Shown here: positions 61,590 through 64,000 of the stretch, piece by piece
Layout: each line of letters begins with the position of its first letter
How positions within the stretch are numbered: position 1 is the first letter of the stretch
Source: Heterodontus francisci
Lineage: Eukaryota
Direction of reading: 5' to 3'
NCBI RefSeq assembly: GCF_036365525.1
Contig: NC_090388.1
Location: 61,591,726 to 61,655,725, forward strand
Length of the DNA stretch: 64,000 nucleotides
The notes under the pieces: model-generated
What the model was told of the DNA's origin: nothing
Databases searched by the model: none
The model's input: only the letters and a program-made list of their open reading frames with translations
Translations under genes and position numbers: made by a program

Positions 61590-62380
61590 AAAATAATAGC
61601 AATTTATATAATGCCTATAAGTTGAGAAATGTCCCAAAGTGCTTCACTGTGGCATAGTAAGAAACAATGGAGTAAACAAATGCTTGGTCAAAGAGATGGA
61701 TTTTAAGGGGGTCTTAAAGAAAAATAGGGAGCTGGAGAGCCAGTGTGGTTTAGGCAGGAGATTCCAGAGCATGGGGCTTAAGCAGATGAAGTCACAGCCA
61801 TTAGTGGTGGATCAGAAGGGAATGGGTGCTCAAGAGGCAGGAGCCAGGGGTACATAGAATTGAAGGGGTTACAGAGATGGAGAGGGGTGGCACCATGTAG
61901 GGATTTAAGCAAGAGGATGAGAATTTTAAGTTTGAGGCATTGGTGAACTGAGACACAATATAGGTCAGCAAGGACAAGGGTGATTGGACGGTACAGGATA
62001 TGATAAAGGCAGCAGTGTTTTATACGAACTAAAGTTCATGAAGAGTGGAGGGTGGGAGGCCAGCCAGGAGGTCACTGGAACAGTCAAGTGACAAAGGAAT
62101 TGGATAACTGTTTCATCAGGAGATGGACTGAGGTAAAGCCAGATGTGGGCAATGTTAGAGGTGGAAGTGGGCAGTCTTTGTAATGGAGAGGATACAGGAG
62201 GCCAGCTCATGATCAAGTAGAATGCTGAAGTTGTGAACAGGCTGGTTCAGTCTAATACAGTGGCTGAGGAGGAAGATGGAGTCGGTGCCACGTAGAGTTT
62301 GTGGTGTGGACCAAAAACAATGGCTTTGATCTTCCCACTGTTTAGCTGAAGGAAATTGGGGCTTCTTGAAGATCAGATGT
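61590..62380 (-). mobile_element. L2 LINE 3' portion, decayed
   Basis: Tail ..TATATAATGCCT..GTCCCAAAGTGCTTCAC, then degenerate ORF2 C-terminal sequence. Confidence 0.65.
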
Positions 62381-62896
62381 CAGACAAGTTATCAGGCAGC
62401 AGAGGGGTTAAGGAAGCAGGTGGAGGGGTCAAGAGAGGAAATAAGCATTCTTGCTTAGGAAAAATGATGTCTGATGAGGGAAACAGAGATCACACTGGTA
62501 CAGCTCTTATGAACCTCTGTTTAAGCCAAGTGTTTGGAAGCTGTGTTCTTACATTTTTAGTGTCCATTTTTTATTTAATTATTATGGATGCTTCTCATTG
62601 CTACCTCCCTATTCTATGTTAATCTTTGATTGATTACATTTCTGTGAAGTGCCTTAAAACGGTTATATAAACTCAAGTTGTTGTCTGCAGATTTCTTCTT
62701 CTGTTTCCCTTCTATAATTAATGGTCTGCAGTACAACATGGAGTACAAATGTAACAATTCCTTTAAAAAAAATATCTTTGATCTCTAATCATTTGAATCT
62801 GCCAGACCTTCTATATTGAATACTGTGGTCCCCTCTACAGCAATATTGCCACTCCTTTCTTCCTTACTATGTACCTCCTAAAAATATCATAACCAA

Positions 62897-63744
62897 TGTC
62901 ATGCAGGTCCACACCTGCCAAGAATGAGGTAGATTAATTTTGCCACATGGACATTACATTTCAAATTGTTGCTGGGAAGAGGAGAAGGCCTGTGACAAGG
63001 GGTTTCCAGGCCCCTGGCTGGAAAGGCATCTTTGCATATTAACAGACAGTGTTTGGAACAAAGGAGCTCTCCCCTGCTCCAATACAATCCACAAACAGAC
63101 ATGGTCAAACCCGTTAGTCACATGATTAACCTGCTTGGCAGTCTGGGTTTTTTTCTGAATTGTACAGTTTGAACTAAGAGCCTGCAGAAAGCTGTTTGCT
63201 CCAGGATTGAAAAGATCTCTCCTGTCTGCTCCCATCTCTTTCTCACAGAACTCCAAAACCCACCGAGGTCACATATTTCCCAAGAGAGAAAAGTCTCCTA
63301 CAGCGAACAAGGTTTAAGAAGAATTCTGGGCCCCAACAAAAAGCAGGATCTATCTATAAGCAAGGACTCTACCGCAAGCTCGAAGCACAGTAACAAAAAA
63401 AACCCTCTTCAGAGATTGCCTCAAACTTTTCCACTTTATTTTTCTTCTGCTCTTTCTGTCCCTATCTGAATGTGTGTATCGCGTATGAATGCTAGTGGGG
63501 CACGTTGTGTATCTGTAGGCGTTAACTGAATTAGAGTTTAAGTTTAATAAATTTCAACTTTTCTTCTTTAAACCCAAGAAGGCCCGTTTGTGCTGGTTTC
63601 TTTGCTTTCTAATTGGAAAGTGGTGAACAAGGATTCACCAAGGGGGAGCTAAAACATGGTGTGTTTAAAAATAAGCCCCGTTACAGTAAGACCAGGTGAA
63701 GGTTGAAAGGGAACCCTAGACCTCTTTCTCACCTGGTCGTAACA
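62897..63744 (+). mobile_element. Solo LTR, family B
   Basis: TGTCATG...CGTAACA; AATAAA at 63546; near-TSD ACCAA/CCCAA; collinear with 26724-27661. Confidence 0.85.
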
Positions 63745-64000
63745 CCCAATATATTTTTGTTTTCCACTCCTGCCCAGTTTTTTCTGCTCTTCCTTCCCCT
63801 TCGCTCCAAATTTCTGTTTGGGAAATACAGTTTTCAGTCTGATCTAGGCTCAGGCTATGGCGGAAGAGGCAGGGAGATTGGGTAACAAGGAGAAGGGAGA
63901 AAGCAACAGAAGCAGCTATATTAGATGGTCTCTCTTATGGTGATAAAGATATCTATAAGCTCTTCAAATATGTTAAAGATGAGGGGGGAAGAGCAGGGAC

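Noticed and set aside
53-63885. Remaining 60-150 aa ORFs in the track
   Set aside because: Antisense or off-frame shadows of TE sequence, or chance ORFs with non-ATG starts; no host protein recognised

Overview
Eukaryotic, non-coding (intronic or intergenic) vertebrate DNA, very probably a cartilaginous fish/shark. This is inferred from HE1-type V-SINEs, Deu-domain SINEs and the CR1/L2/Penelope/Harbinger repertoire. About two-thirds of the window (sum of the spans annotated here) is transposable-element derived, and every long ORF in the track is a TE relic or its antisense shadow. I could not recognise any host protein-coding exon, rRNA/tRNA gene or CRISPR array. Contents: five amniote-type CR1 LINE pieces plus tails; a second LINE family ('LINE-B', CR1/Jockey group) whose most complete copy starts with a tRNA-like Pol III head and goes straight into the endonuclease with no ORF1; a young RTE LINE; L2 fragments; three decayed two-gene PIF/Harbinger transposons (transposase plus convergent Myb/SANT gene) and several Harbinger-type MITEs; a hAT MITE; at least six solo LTRs; and a family of Penelope-derived ends carrying a minimal hammerhead-ribozyme motif, one of them an independent ~135-bp insertion with a 17-bp TSD. 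Many insertions are nested, with readable TSDs. A few unique TE-free islands look like candidate regulatory or conserved elements. Family names come from motif recognition, not database searches, and boundaries without a TSD are approximate.
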